Of a stretch of 64,000 nucleotides of DNA, positions 36,265 through 45,717 are shown piece after piece. How positions within the stretch are numbered: the first letter of the stretch is position 1; every line of letters begins with the position of its first letter. The DNA comes from Candidatus Daviesbacteria bacterium (GTDB lineage Bacteria; Patescibacteriota; Microgenomatia; Daviesbacterales; UBA10151), in assembly GCA_016186955.1 (NCBI GenBank), contig JACPKP010000004.1, positions 71,288 through 135,287 on the forward strand. Reading direction: 5' to 3'. Position numbers and translations under genes: made by a program. Below the pieces are notes generated by a model. The model was not told the origin of the DNA. It did no database searches and saw nothing but the letters and a program-made list of their open reading frames with translations.

Positions 36265-38604
36265 ATGGCAGAACGTAAAGTAGAGGAACCTAAAAAACTT
36301 CAAAAGACAATTCCCGCCCAGGATATTATTCCAAATGGCTCTGCCTCAAAATCAAAACAAAAGGAGATGACCCAAGAAGACCGTCTCCGTGCTTCACTAG
36401 CCCTGGAAGCGTTATTACCTCAAAAAATTAAACCTATTCAGTCCTTGGATCAGGTGCACAAGATCTATCAAACAAAGGATGAATCCAATAAGATTGATGA
36501 ATTAAAATATGATATCAAAAGTGATTCTGTCAGGACATTGTATCTATCAGAAATACTCGCCGGTAATAATACTGCAGACCTCCCTTTTTTAATTGAAACA
36601 ATACAAAGAATTAAAGGGTCCCCGGAAGAGTACCAACCTGATATTGTTGTGGTATCAGGACTTTTGGAAGGAAATTATAAATTTAGGGATAAGGATAGAC
36701 GTTCAACCTTAGTTTTATCATTGGACCAGCAGTTTGCAACTGCGAATTTAATATTGAAGGAGCTTGAGGGATTGGGATCTGAGATTATCTATTCATTATC
36801 AACCGAAGATAGGGAGATTTGCAGGGACGGTACAATAGAAGCTATGCGGGCGCTGCAGAATACAGCTAAACCTTTGATTGACAAAAATAAGGGGCTGGTA
36901 ACCTATTGGCAGATTGATCAGATTAAACAAAACCCGGCTTGGGATACCCACCTGAAATTCCAGACCAATGTGGTTTTTGAATACTGCCTGCGTTCTGGCA
37001 GAAGATTAAAATCAGCAGAAGAGGTCAAAGAGGCAACAAAAGGCAAAATAATGATGGAGGAGTATTTAATGCTGTATGATGCTTTTCAAAAATTAGTAAA
37101 ATTACAGGATATACCTGCGGGCTACAGAGAAGTTCTGGAACTTGATAATATTCCCCTTCCTGATAAAAAATTCAGCGCTTTTGAATTGGCAGATGACATG
37201 GATCTGGTTGTAAATGCAAACAGCAACAATTTTACCCAAAAGGTCAAACACAACTTTAAATTCGGCGCTAAACCGTTAACCCGTAACCCAACCGATGTGC
37301 CTGAAGCAATTACCAGACAATTAAGTTCCGAGGGAATTAAACCACCCAACGCGCTTATTACTTTAAGCCAGCATCAGACTTTGGGGGTAGGGGATGCAGA
37401 AAACACCTGGATGATATCAACAGGCAGTTTTTTAGATACCAGTAAGACGCTTGATCAAAAAGGCAGTATAGCCTCAGCCGGCCGAGCGCCTTCCTGGAGA
37501 AGTTTAACTACTAGAAAAATCGTCAGTTTACCAACAGCTACCATGCACGAGTTTACAGATGACGGTAGGCATGTCATTACTTTCTATAATAAAAAACTGC
37601 TGGAAAAGGCAGACTATGCTGAGCGGACCACTATTTTAACAATTACTGATTGGCAGACAGGTTCAATGTCCGCCAGGCCGGATTTGCAGGTTAAGCTTCT
37701 GGACCTGGCTATTTCAGAGATTTTGCCGGGTAGGCCCATGTGGGTGCTTTCTACGGGAGATTTATTCCACGGGCAAAATTATAAAGGGTTATCAATGGAA
37801 AATTTCCGGACAGGGCAAATCAGAATTGAGGATCAGCAAAGGTTTGTTCAAGAACTGCTGGAAAGATCAACAAGCCATATTTCAACGGGAAATTTATCAA
37901 ACATAGCCGGTGTGAGCATTGTTCCGGGCAATCATGAATGGAATTCCAACTATGTTAATACAGGGGCGATATTCAACCTCTCCCTGGTAAATTCTTTTAG
38001 AAATCTTTTAAAAACGGATGTGGAAACTGCCGGAAAAAAGGTTCGCGCCAGCGAGCTGCTTGATACTCCAAACGGGGATGTTGTGCCTGTTTGGAGCTCG
38101 TTTGATGAAATCGCAGGGTATGGAGTATTATCCCAGCATATGTACCTTGATAAAGCCGGTGGTAAGGTGCCGATCTACCATGCACAGAAATTTATAGAAG
38201 GGTCAGGGGACTTTGGAAGAAAAATTGATATCTCATCAACCGGCCACTGGCACCACAACCAATATGCCGTGTTCGGCAATAAGCTGCATGTGATCAACCC
38301 CTCTGTGGCAGGTTTGACCAACTATGAAATGATGAAAGGTTTACGGCCCACAGTGGGAGGAGCCCTGATCCATGTGGGGGGTGGTTTACCGGTGCAGGTT
38401 GAATTTTTAAGCTTAGATACTTTGCTTAGCCATAAAATTACTGATGGATATTTCTCAGATGAAAACCTGGCCAGGGAGGGGTTTATTGACGACCGGCACT
38501 TTGACCCGAAAAGGGATGGGTATTTTCATAGAAAATCCGCCCTCCAGAAAGCTTTATGGGGTTTACATGATGAGCTGATCAAAAAGATCGACTCCCATCT
38601 TTAA
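36265..38604 (+). CDS. large protein with a C-terminal calcineurin-like metallophosphoesterase domain
   Basis: 'STGDLFHG', 'VPGNHEWN' and 'GHWHH' are the MPP motifs. The N-terminal ~470 aa is uncharacterised. Confidence 0.5.
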   Translation: MAERKVEEPKKLQKTIPAQDIIPNGSASKSKQKEMTQEDRLRASLALEALLPQKIKPIQSLDQVHKIYQTKDESNKIDELKYDIKSDSVRTLYLSEILAGNNTADLPFLIETIQRIKGSPEEYQPDIVVVSGLLEGNYKFRDKDRRSTLVLSLDQQFATANLILKELEGLGSEIIYSLSTEDREICRDGTIEAMRALQNTAKPLIDKNKGLVTYWQIDQIKQNPAWDTHLKFQTNVVFEYCLRSGRRLKSAEEVKEATKGKIMMEEYLMLYDAFQKLVKLQDIPAGYREVLELDNIPLPDKKFSAFELADDMDLVVNANSNNFTQKVKHNFKFGAKPLTRNPTDVPEAITRQLSSEGIKPPNALITLSQHQTLGVGDAENTWMISTGSFLDTSKTLDQKGSIASAGRAPSWRSLTTRKIVSLPTATMHEFTDDGRHVITFYNKKLLEKADYAERTTILTITDWQTGSMSARPDLQVKLLDLAISEILPGRPMWVLSTGDLFHGQNYKGLSMENFRTGQIRIEDQQRFVQELLERSTSHISTGNLSNIAGVSIVPGNHEWNSNYVNTGAIFNLSLVNSFRNLLKTDVETAGKKVRASELLDTPNGDVVPVWSSFDEIAGYGVLSQHMYLDKAGGKVPIYHAQKFIEGSGDFGRKIDISSTGHWHHNQYAVFGNKLHVINPSVAGLTNYEMMKGLRPTVGGALIHVGGGLPVQVEFLSLDTLLSHKITDGYFSDENLAREGFIDDRHFDPKRDGYFHRKSALQKALWGLHDELIKKIDSHL

Positions 38605-38626
38605 AATCCTTTTAAAAAAGAAAAAA

Positions 38627-38662
38627 GGCGGCCTGGTATAAAACCCGGCCGCCTCATGTTTC
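38627..38662. terminator. bidirectional rho-independent terminator between convergent genes
   Basis: 'GGCGGCCtggtataaaacccGGCCGCC' has a 7-bp GC stem. On the minus strand it is followed by TTTTTTCTTTTTT. Confidence 0.7.
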
Positions 38663-38683
38663 CGGCCTGAGCCGGCATATGCA

Positions 38684-38905
38684 CTACGACTTTGGAAATT
38701 TGGGCTTTACAAGATACACCATACTATTTCCGAACTGGAGTTTTACCTCCGAACCACACTGGCTGCAGAATGCAGCCCCCACTCTGACATGGTGGAAGGG
38801 GTCTCTACTGCAGACCCGGTGGCCCTGGTCTGTCCCACACCTGTGGCAATAGTTGTCCCCAGGGGACACCATTGCGGTACAATACGCACCTCTGCAATAA
38901 AACAC
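38684..38905 (-). CDS. small Cys-rich zinc-ribbon protein
   Basis: 'CHRCGTDQGHRVC...CSQCGSEV' gives CxxC...CxxC. A terminator follows. Confidence 0.45.
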   Translation of the reverse strand: MFYCRGAYCTAMVSPGDNYCHRCGTDQGHRVCSRDPFHHVRVGAAFCSQCGSEVKLQFGNSMVYLVKPKFPKS

Positions 38906-39004
38906 AGCCTACCTCCAGTTGTAATAGTGCGGGGAATATTATAGCACATTTTGCCCTATAGTCAACCACCACCCTGGTATGAGTTCAGTTCCCCCCAGCA
39001 ATTT

Positions 39005-39032
39005 CGTCATTGCGAGCGTAGCGAAGCAATCT
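39005..39032. repeat. second copy (28/29 identity) of the right half of the uvrC palindromic mini-element. Related fragments are at 39192-39209 and 39243-39262.
   Basis: 'cgtcattgcgagcgtagcgaagcaatct' versus 19913-19941 'cgtcattgcgagcgaagcgaagcaatct'. Confidence 0.6.
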
Positions 39033-39276
39033 TATTGTTCAAACGCAATACTCCTGGCGTTGAGCCAGGAGATGAAGTTTGTACGAGCGGTAGCGAGTAC
39101 TCTGCGAAGCAGATAAAACAAGAACGATACCGCATGCGTAAGCTTGCGGTAATTCATTAGATCGCCACGGGGCGTACCATTTTGGTACATCCCTCGCGAT
39201 GACGTTTGATTGGAAAAAACTGAATAGTTACCCACCCTGCGTCCTGATAAATCGGGACCCGGAATGACATCGTAGG

Positions 39277-41583
39277 TTATTTGAGGAACTTAACAAACAG
39301 TTCCTTGCTGTTTATTTTGGGAGCAGTAATTTTTCCTTCACCGGGTTTAGTCTCTTCTGTTTGTTTACCTGGTCTTTGGTCATTTTCATCAGGATACGTC
39401 CTGCCTTTAATCTCAGGGGCAAATTTGCTCATGTCAATCGGTTTGTCCCCGGTGTGCTCCTTGGTGTAGCGCTCTCTGGAAGCCCTGATTGCTTTTTCCC
39501 GGTTCTGGGTTTTGGATTGGGGCAGGGGTAGGGATTGGGCGAAAAAAGGGGTGGAAGTCAGTCCGTTAATGGACATCTTCAAAAGCAGCTGGTAATTTCC
39601 CAAACTTAATAAATCTTCCTCCTTAAACCGTTCCCCAAATTCCCTTGCCATAATCGGGGTATCCTCCGCCCCGATAATAAAGGACATGATAGTACCGGCG
39701 TTACCAAAAATTGCCGAACGCACCAGAGGGTCAATTTGGGCAGTGTATTGGTTTGCCAGGATCAGGTTAAGATGGTATTTCCTCGCCTCTGATAAGATTT
39801 TGATAAATGAGGTGGTGGCGAAGTTTTGGAACTCATCAACATAAAGGTAAAAATCACGCCTCTCTGCCTCAGGTGTATTAACCCGGTTCATGGCAGCAAG
39901 CTGAAGCTTGGTAATAATCATTGCCCCCAAAAGCGCGCTGTTGTCTTCACCTATCCTTCCCTGCGACAGGTTTAAGATTGCTATTTTACCGTTGTTCATA
40001 ATGTCTTCCAGATTAACAGTGGATTTGGGGAATGCCACAATATTGCGGATAACTTTGGATGATAAAAACTGCCCAACTTTATTTAAGATAGGGGAGATTG
40101 ACTCTTCCCTTAATTTGTCAGGCATTTTTTCAAACTCATTTGTCCAGTAGTTGACCAAAACCGGGTCCTGCAAATCTGCCACTGTTTTCTTCCTGAATTT
40201 CTGGTTTGTCAGGATTTCCGGAACCATCATTAAGGTTGAACTTGGTACGGCGATTAAAGTTAAAATTACATTGCGCAAAATATATTCCAGCCTGGGCCCC
40301 CATGAATCCCCGTAAAGCTTGTAAAAAATAGAGACAATGCCTGAGGCTATCAACTCTTTTTGGGCAGGGTTTGTTACCTCGAGCGGGTTTAAATGAAAAG
40401 GCCTGTCAACGTCAGCCGGGTTTAAATATACTATATCGTTGACCCTGTAGGAGGGGATGTAATCAAGCAGCACTTCTGACAGATCCCCGTGGGGGTCAAT
40501 GACTGCCAGCCCTTCGTTGTTCCGGATATCATTGATTGCGAGGTTGGCGATAAGCGTGGATTTACCGGTCCCGGTTTTTCCGATGATATACATATGTTTT
40601 CTCCGGTCTATCTGGTATATCCCGAAAATTGAAGACTTATTTTTAAATTCGGTCCTGGCAAAAAAGTTAATGCCTTTTTTTTCATCATCCGTCAGCTCAT
40701 AGGCAACGGGTAGGTTTTCCGGGGGGTCGGAGAGGATCGTTTTTGACCAGGAAATATTGCCTATTGTGGCTATTTTTGTACCGGGGAAATGGTATATTGT
40801 TGCTATTTCCATAATGTTTAATATTTGGTTTCTGGGAATATACGATATTTCTCTTAAAAGGATTGCCCTAATCAGCCCTTTGTGCTGCCAGAAAAAAGGC
40901 CTGACCAATGAAAGGCTGTTACCGGTGACGTTGTTAAAACTTATAAATGTTGCGGCAACAAGGTCCATTAGCGCCGGGTTGGAGCTTTTGGTGAGTATCC
41001 TGATTGCTGTTTTAAAACCAGGATAAGCAACTTTGTCAGATATCTGTTTAGAGTATGTACTGACCATTAAAGTATCCGGGGTAGTCTCATCCTTGTTCCC
41101 CTTTGACTCCATCATCCGCTGGCCTTTTGACTGCCACTTTGAGTTGACAGGACAAAGCAGAAACTGGACAACCACAACATCTTCTTTGGCTATCCTGGTC
41201 AGTATCCCCAAAAGGGATGACATCGGGTCAACATCCTTAAAATCATTAAAACTTTTAAGGGGATACAAAAAATTATGCTGAAGTTTAACCTGTCCTGCTT
41301 CAATATCTTTTTTTTCGGAAAGCAATGCCTGAAGTCCATCATCCTTGACCGGGGTTACTAAAGCTTTAGGGTATTGGGAGAGCAGTTGACTTTCAATGTA
41401 AGTCTGGTAAGCCAGTGGTGCGGCTATATAAAAATGGATGGCCTGGTTTACAACAACTATCTCCAAACTGAAGGCAGTTTTTGCTTTGATGCTTGTCAGC
41501 GATGCTAAAAACTGTACCATAGCTTCAGGTGTTTCTTCACCTGTGCGGGGGGTTTTAATCTCGAGTATTATTTTTTGATGCAT
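39277..41583 (-). CDS. VirD4/TraG/TraD-like P-loop ATPase (type IV coupling-protein family)
   Basis: Walker A is 'IIGKTGTGKST' and Walker B is 'FYLYVDEFQNF'. Length and architecture resemble the TrwB/TraD AAA_10 family. Confidence 0.6.
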   Translation of the reverse strand: MHQKIILEIKTPRTGEETPEAMVQFLASLTSIKAKTAFSLEIVVVNQAIHFYIAAPLAYQTYIESQLLSQYPKALVTPVKDDGLQALLSEKKDIEAGQVKLQHNFLYPLKSFNDFKDVDPMSSLLGILTRIAKEDVVVVQFLLCPVNSKWQSKGQRMMESKGNKDETTPDTLMVSTYSKQISDKVAYPGFKTAIRILTKSSNPALMDLVAATFISFNNVTGNSLSLVRPFFWQHKGLIRAILLREISYIPRNQILNIMEIATIYHFPGTKIATIGNISWSKTILSDPPENLPVAYELTDDEKKGINFFARTEFKNKSSIFGIYQIDRRKHMYIIGKTGTGKSTLIANLAINDIRNNEGLAVIDPHGDLSEVLLDYIPSYRVNDIVYLNPADVDRPFHLNPLEVTNPAQKELIASGIVSIFYKLYGDSWGPRLEYILRNVILTLIAVPSSTLMMVPEILTNQKFRKKTVADLQDPVLVNYWTNEFEKMPDKLREESISPILNKVGQFLSSKVIRNIVAFPKSTVNLEDIMNNGKIAILNLSQGRIGEDNSALLGAMIITKLQLAAMNRVNTPEAERRDFYLYVDEFQNFATTSFIKILSEARKYHLNLILANQYTAQIDPLVRSAIFGNAGTIMSFIIGAEDTPIMAREFGERFKEEDLLSLGNYQLLLKMSINGLTSTPFFAQSLPLPQSKTQNREKAIRASRERYTKEHTGDKPIDMSKFAPEIKGRTYPDENDQRPGKQTEETKPGEGKITAPKINSKELFVKFLK

Positions 41584-41638
41584 ATGGGTCAGCCGGTACT
41601 CTTATATTTTAGCATTTTTAAGTGGGAAAGGGAAAGTT

Positions 41639-42244
41639 TTAGGGGATGGGGTTATCAGGCAGTTCCGGTATCTGGTTGATAAAATCCTTAATAAACCCAG
41701 GGACAGCGATACATTCCCCGGAGGTTTTTTCGGATTCATCGGATGGATCCGAAAAGTAGTATTCCTTGACGTAAACACCCGAGTCCAAAAAAGACCTAAC
41801 CACCCCGATGGTTTTTTCCTTAATCCATGGATCGGATGATATTAGGGGGTGAAGTAACCTGATGCGTTGAAGCTGTACCATGATATCGGTTAAAAAAAGG
41901 TTGGCAACGTCAAAATCTTTTACTTCATGCCCGATGAGAAAAAGTGTTTTAGCGACTTGACTAAGGATTGTGTTGTCTGAGTCTCCCCGGAATACATGAT
42001 GGTGTTTGGCCGCTATTAAAAGCAGGTCTGTGCTTAGGTCTGTAAAACCTAGACCCAGATTATCATCAATCTCCCCTTCAATGTTAAAGGTCAGTTCTGC
42101 CAGTTCACCAACCCATCCGTCAAAATCTGCAAGCTTTTTGTAGTTTAAGAATGTTCTAAGCAGGGGTGACTGGCTTAAAATAATCTCCTTGTGTTGATTT
42201 ATAGAAAATTCCGGACTTGCAGGCACAAATAAATTATATAGCAT
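41639..42244 (-). CDS. hypothetical protein
   Basis: 201-aa ORF. Confidence 0.4.
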   Translation of the reverse strand: MLYNLFVPASPEFSINQHKEIILSQSPLLRTFLNYKKLADFDGWVGELAELTFNIEGEIDDNLGLGFTDLSTDLLLIAAKHHHVFRGDSDNTILSQVAKTLFLIGHEVKDFDVANLFLTDIMVQLQRIRLLHPLISSDPWIKEKTIGVVRSFLDSGVYVKEYYFSDPSDESEKTSGECIAVPGFIKDFINQIPELPDNPIP

Positions 42245-42471
42245 TACTTAAGATGTTTTGCAATCAGCTTAAAAGCGCCGGCTAAAGTAAGCTTGCTTTC
42301 CAAATTTAACTTTATGCTATAGTTTAAATATGCCAAGAAAATACCTTTTAAAATTCTTACTTGCAGTAATTTTGGTAGCTTTTCTAGCAGCAGGCTGGCT
42401 TTATTATGACTATTACCAGAGGAACACGTATCAGGACAGGAATTATAATAAAAACCACCCTGCAGTGACAA
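42244..42471 (-). CDS. hypothetical small protein. It overlaps the plus-strand ORF 42330-42782, so one of the two may be spurious.
   Basis: 75-aa ORF that abuts the upstream gene. Confidence 0.2.
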   Translation of the reverse strand: MSLQGGFYYNSCPDTCSSGNSHNKASLLLEKLPKLLQVRILKGIFLAYLNYSIKLNLESKLTLAGAFKLIAKHLK

Positions 42472-42782
42472 TATATTTAAATGATGATGTCAATATTGGA
42501 CAGGTCAATACGCTCTTGGAGAACCTAAAAAGCACAAAAGGTCTGATCATGGTCCAGTACCTTACTAAAGAGGAAGCTTTTGGGGAATATAAAAAAGGGA
42601 TCCAAAATATCCCGCCTGAGGAAATCCAACTGACTGATGATGAGGTCAAACAAAGCCTGAGTCCTAAAGTTAATGTTTATCTTAAAAGTTCCGCCTCAAC
42701 AGATAGCATAAAACAGCTTGTTGAAAATAAATCTTTTATTAAGAATGTGGTATACAACCCAAGACCGCCAAAGAGTAATTAA
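42330..42782 (+). CDS. membrane-anchored protein resembling the FtsX extracellular domain (tentative)
   Basis: N-terminal TM segment followed by 'AVTIYLNDDVNIGQVNTLLENLKSTKGLIMVQYLTKEEAFGEY'. Confidence 0.4.
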   Translation: MPRKYLLKFLLAVILVAFLAAGWLYYDYYQRNTYQDRNYNKNHPAVTIYLNDDVNIGQVNTLLENLKSTKGLIMVQYLTKEEAFGEYKKGIQNIPPEEIQLTDDEVKQSLSPKVNVYLKSSASTDSIKQLVENKSFIKNVVYNPRPPKSN

Positions 42783-42978
42783 TAAGTAGAGCTTCTGGCG
42801 AGGTCTTATTTTCCCTTCATTTACCTTCTTTTAACTATTGTTAAGTAAGCGTTTTACCTGTACAATTATGCATAAACAGGCACGAGACGCGGTGTTGGCG
42901 CCTGCCCTGAGCGAAGCCGAAGGGAAAGACGCTATCACCGAGAGGACATTATTAAGCTAATAGCTAAAGAAAGTTAAT

Positions 42979-44258
42979 ATGAACGAGATTTAATTTCCAA
43001 AATTTATAAATCCATTTGTGATCTCCTTGGAGAAAACAATTGCATACAAATAGGTTCTTACCCCCGTCGTACAGCCATTACACCTGTTCACGATTTAGAT
43101 GTGCTTTATGTAATTGGCAATTGGGACGAGAACAGCCACGATCCCTCGACAGTATTACAAAACCTAGCCTCGCGATTTAACGATTATGTTAATCCGACTT
43201 CCTACAGCGTAGAATTGGGACCACCACAATCTCATTCGATTACAATCTTATTTAAGGACAATGCAGGTAAAGAAATACTTTCCATTGATATTGTTCCCAC
43301 ATACATTTTTTCGAAAAATGAATTTAATGAAGATACTTATAAAGTACCTGAAATTGCACGAAGAAGGCATGGGAAAAAGAGGACTCAATACTATCAAGAG
43401 CTTTCACTACAACATAAGGAAATGGGTTGGGTTGTTTCTGATCCAAGGGGATATATCCATGTTGCCTCCGAAACCGATACAGTAACGGGTGGTGAGTTCA
43501 GAAAAACTGCAAAGGTAGTTAAAAGGTGGAAAAATAATTTAGTGGCGGAAGATGAAAACCTTAAATTACAGTCTTTCCACATTGAACAGGTAATTACAAA
43601 TTACTTTAGAGAAAATAATTCACTTGAAATATTTGATGCTGTTTTTAATTTTTTTCTTGAGTTACCGGAAATTATAGATAATCCTAATCAAATTAAGGAT
43701 CGCGCTAATAATGGTAAATTCATTGACGATTATCTTGAACAATTTACCGACGAGCAAAAGAGCAAAATTAGAAGCGCGCGTGATGGATTTTTTATCAAAC
43801 TCGAAAGTTTCGGAGAAAATAATTCTATAGAGCAGCTATTTGAAATACTCTTTTATTCCAGAAAACCCACAGAGGAGTTTTTATTTGATAAAGGCATTAA
43901 GACATTTATTGATAACAGCTTAAAATTTAGGATTGATGGGTTTGTTAAACCGCTTTCGGGTTTTACTTCTGGCTGGTTAACAGAAACACCACATTTACAA
44001 AACGGTCTTACGAGAGGCGGAACCAAGAAAAGATATATAGAATTTAGAATAAGAAAGAACGAAACGCCTGCAGAAGAATATAGATGGAAAGTAAAAAATT
44101 CTGATACCTGCTTTCAGCCAAGAGGAGAAATAACACTTAATCGCACAAGGAATGACCCAGAGAGTACAGAATATGCCGGAAATCACTACGTCGAGTGTTA
44201 TGCAATCAAAAATGGTGATTGTATTGCAAGATCAAAAGTTCCAGTAAAAATTCTTTAG
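42979..44258 (+). CDS. cGAS/DncV-like nucleotidyltransferase (CD-NTase)-type Pol-beta NTase. Its 5' end is disrupted by a 1-nt frameshift at a T run (~42989-42996).
   Basis: Just upstream of the called GTG start, the 'G[SG]...D.D' motif 'IGSYPRRTAITPVHDLDVLYVIG' lies in frame. A third acidic residue occurs in 'SIDIVPTY'. A ~300-aa helical C-terminal domain follows. The ATG at 42979, with an RBS-like 'aaagaaag' upstream, reads M-N-E-I-stop. Adding one T fuses it to the downstream frame. Confidence 0.55.
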
Positions 44259-44267
44259 AATTTAATT

Positions 44268-45041
44268 ATGAAGAAGAAACAGAAATTTTTAGTTCCGATA
44301 TATGGCTTAAAAAAGAGCCCGAAACAAAGCATTAAATTAGATAAAAGTATTCTAATAAGACCAGTTGATATTTTTGCAGAAGAACAAAAACACTTTGAGA
44401 AATTCGGTTTGAAAGGAAGTTATGATGGAGTGTTGGAAGTTAATTATGAGTACGATTCAGACAATCCCAGTGAACCCTTCCCTGGTCTCTTTATAAATTT
44501 AATCAATAAGATAGATGCTTCGCTAGTTGTCTATGGAGACGGAGTTGTGGGAGTCGCGGGCGTTGTCCCAGCTCCTAACGAAGAATTTTCGGGAGGGGGT
44601 ATTCTTTCGTCATCAACAAAACCCCAATATGAAGAAAAGCTAGACAAAGAGATTGATGAAAACTTTGCAGCTTACTATAAAAGATTTGTTAAAGCCTATG
44701 ATATGCGGCCAGTAGCATTTGATGTTTACAGGCGAAGTTGTGATAGGTTCGCCAATAATGATAGGACTATAGATAGCTGTATTATTCTGGAAAGCCTATT
44801 TGTTCCTCCTAGCGAAAGGTCTAAGAAATCCTTTATTCTATATGGATTAAATATCTTAAAGTTTAGTACCGATGAAATTAAGGCTATAGATGATTTAATT
44901 GAATATCGCAATGCGATTATTCATGCAGATAGGAAAAAGCAGCTTAAATTACTATCTGGATCAAAATATACACATAAGTGGTTCGAGGATACTTTCAAGA
45001 TAATACGCAGAATTCTTTATAAATACATTGAGAGTCCTTAG
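44268..45041 (+). CDS. HEPN-motif protein. The C-terminal Rx4H motif 'EYRNAIIHA' marks a putative RNase effector, and the N-terminal ~150 aa is uncharacterised.
   Basis: An Rx4-6H motif sits at the end of a predicted helical ~110-aa C-terminal domain. The gene starts 10 nt after the NTase stop, in an operon-like arrangement. Confidence 0.4.
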   Translation: MKKKQKFLVPIYGLKKSPKQSIKLDKSILIRPVDIFAEEQKHFEKFGLKGSYDGVLEVNYEYDSDNPSEPFPGLFINLINKIDASLVVYGDGVVGVAGVVPAPNEEFSGGGILSSSTKPQYEEKLDKEIDENFAAYYKRFVKAYDMRPVAFDVYRRSCDRFANNDRTIDSCIILESLFVPPSERSKKSFILYGLNILKFSTDEIKAIDDLIEYRNAIIHADRKKQLKLLSGSKYTHKWFEDTFKIIRRILYKYIESP

Positions 45042-45093
45042 AATTGAAATGAAACACTTTAATTTGTCGCCGTCAACACTAGGTTTATCTAAA

Positions 45094-45216
45094 ATATGGT
45101 TAAATTATCGAGGTCTAAGTTAGAATTATTATTCGACTGTCCCCGTTGTTTTTGGTTATCTTGACTTTCGGGCTATAGTCCTGAGTCTTGCCGAAGGGTA
45201 ATTTATGGTTTAAAGT
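45094..45216 (+). repeat. copy 1 of the ~125-bp cassette-junction repeat (micro-ORF 45096-45164, MVKLSRSKLELLFDCPRCFWLS)
   Basis: Direct repeat shared with 48442, 49566 and 50728. Confidence 0.85.
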
Positions 45217-45222
45217 AAACTT

Positions 45223-45372
45223 ATGGCTAATGCTAGAAAGTTGCTGGTTAAATCTACGATATCTAGATTAGAAAAGAAAGATATACTTACAGAAATGTTT
45301 GAGAACTTTGGGATTAAAGTAATTACTGTAAGTAATCAGAACTCTAAGTCTGATAGTAGTAAGAGAAATTGA
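45223..45372 (+). CDS. conserved 49-aa small protein (paralog of 48569-48718)
   Basis: 'KKDILTEMFENFGIKVITV' versus 'KRDILTEMFEHFGIKVVDV' in the paralog. Confidence 0.4.
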   Translation: MANARKLLVKSTISRLEKKDILTEMFENFGIKVITVSNQNSKSDSSKRN

Positions 45373-45381
45373 AATAATACT

Positions 45382-45627
45382 ATGAAAAACGATTATCAAA
45401 TTGTCACTTTTAAAGATAAGAAAATTCGCCGGCATTGGGATGAAAAAACGGAGAAATGGTATTTTTCGGTGGTGGATATTATTGCCAAGAATTATAACCT
45501 CTCCGCCAAAAATCCAAATAATACAAATTCGGCCGTATACAAATCACCAAATGAAATCCTTATAAATATCCAAAACTCTGAGAAAAAAGTAAACCAAATT
45601 TTATCTGAGATCAAAGATTTATTGTGA
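45382..45627 (+). CDS. hypothetical small protein (possibly Bro-N/antirepressor-like)
   Basis: 81-aa ORF with 'IRRHWDEKTEKWYFSVVDIIA'. Confidence 0.3.
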   Translation: MKNDYQIVTFKDKKIRRHWDEKTEKWYFSVVDIIAKNYNLSAKNPNNTNSAVYKSPNEILINIQNSEKKVNQILSEIKDLL

Positions 45628-45717
45628 TGTTTTACTCTGTTGGAGTGAATTACTTCTTGATTTTTTATCCGGTTATAGTGTATTATATATACAGTTAGCT
45701 CGTTTTAGCCTCAAAAT

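Noticed and set aside
38951-39235. ORFs 38951-39160 (+) and 39032-39235 (-), including 'FRHCERSEAI'
   Set aside because: They are translations of the palindromic repeat element (the same DNA gives 'VIASEAKQS' in uvrC). The region is otherwise non-coding.
42783-42978. GC-rich stretch upstream of the CD-NTase as a cyclic-dinucleotide riboswitch
   Set aside because: No GEMM or other riboswitch consensus is recognisable. The similarity is to the palindromic mini-element family instead (gagcgaagccgaaggg).
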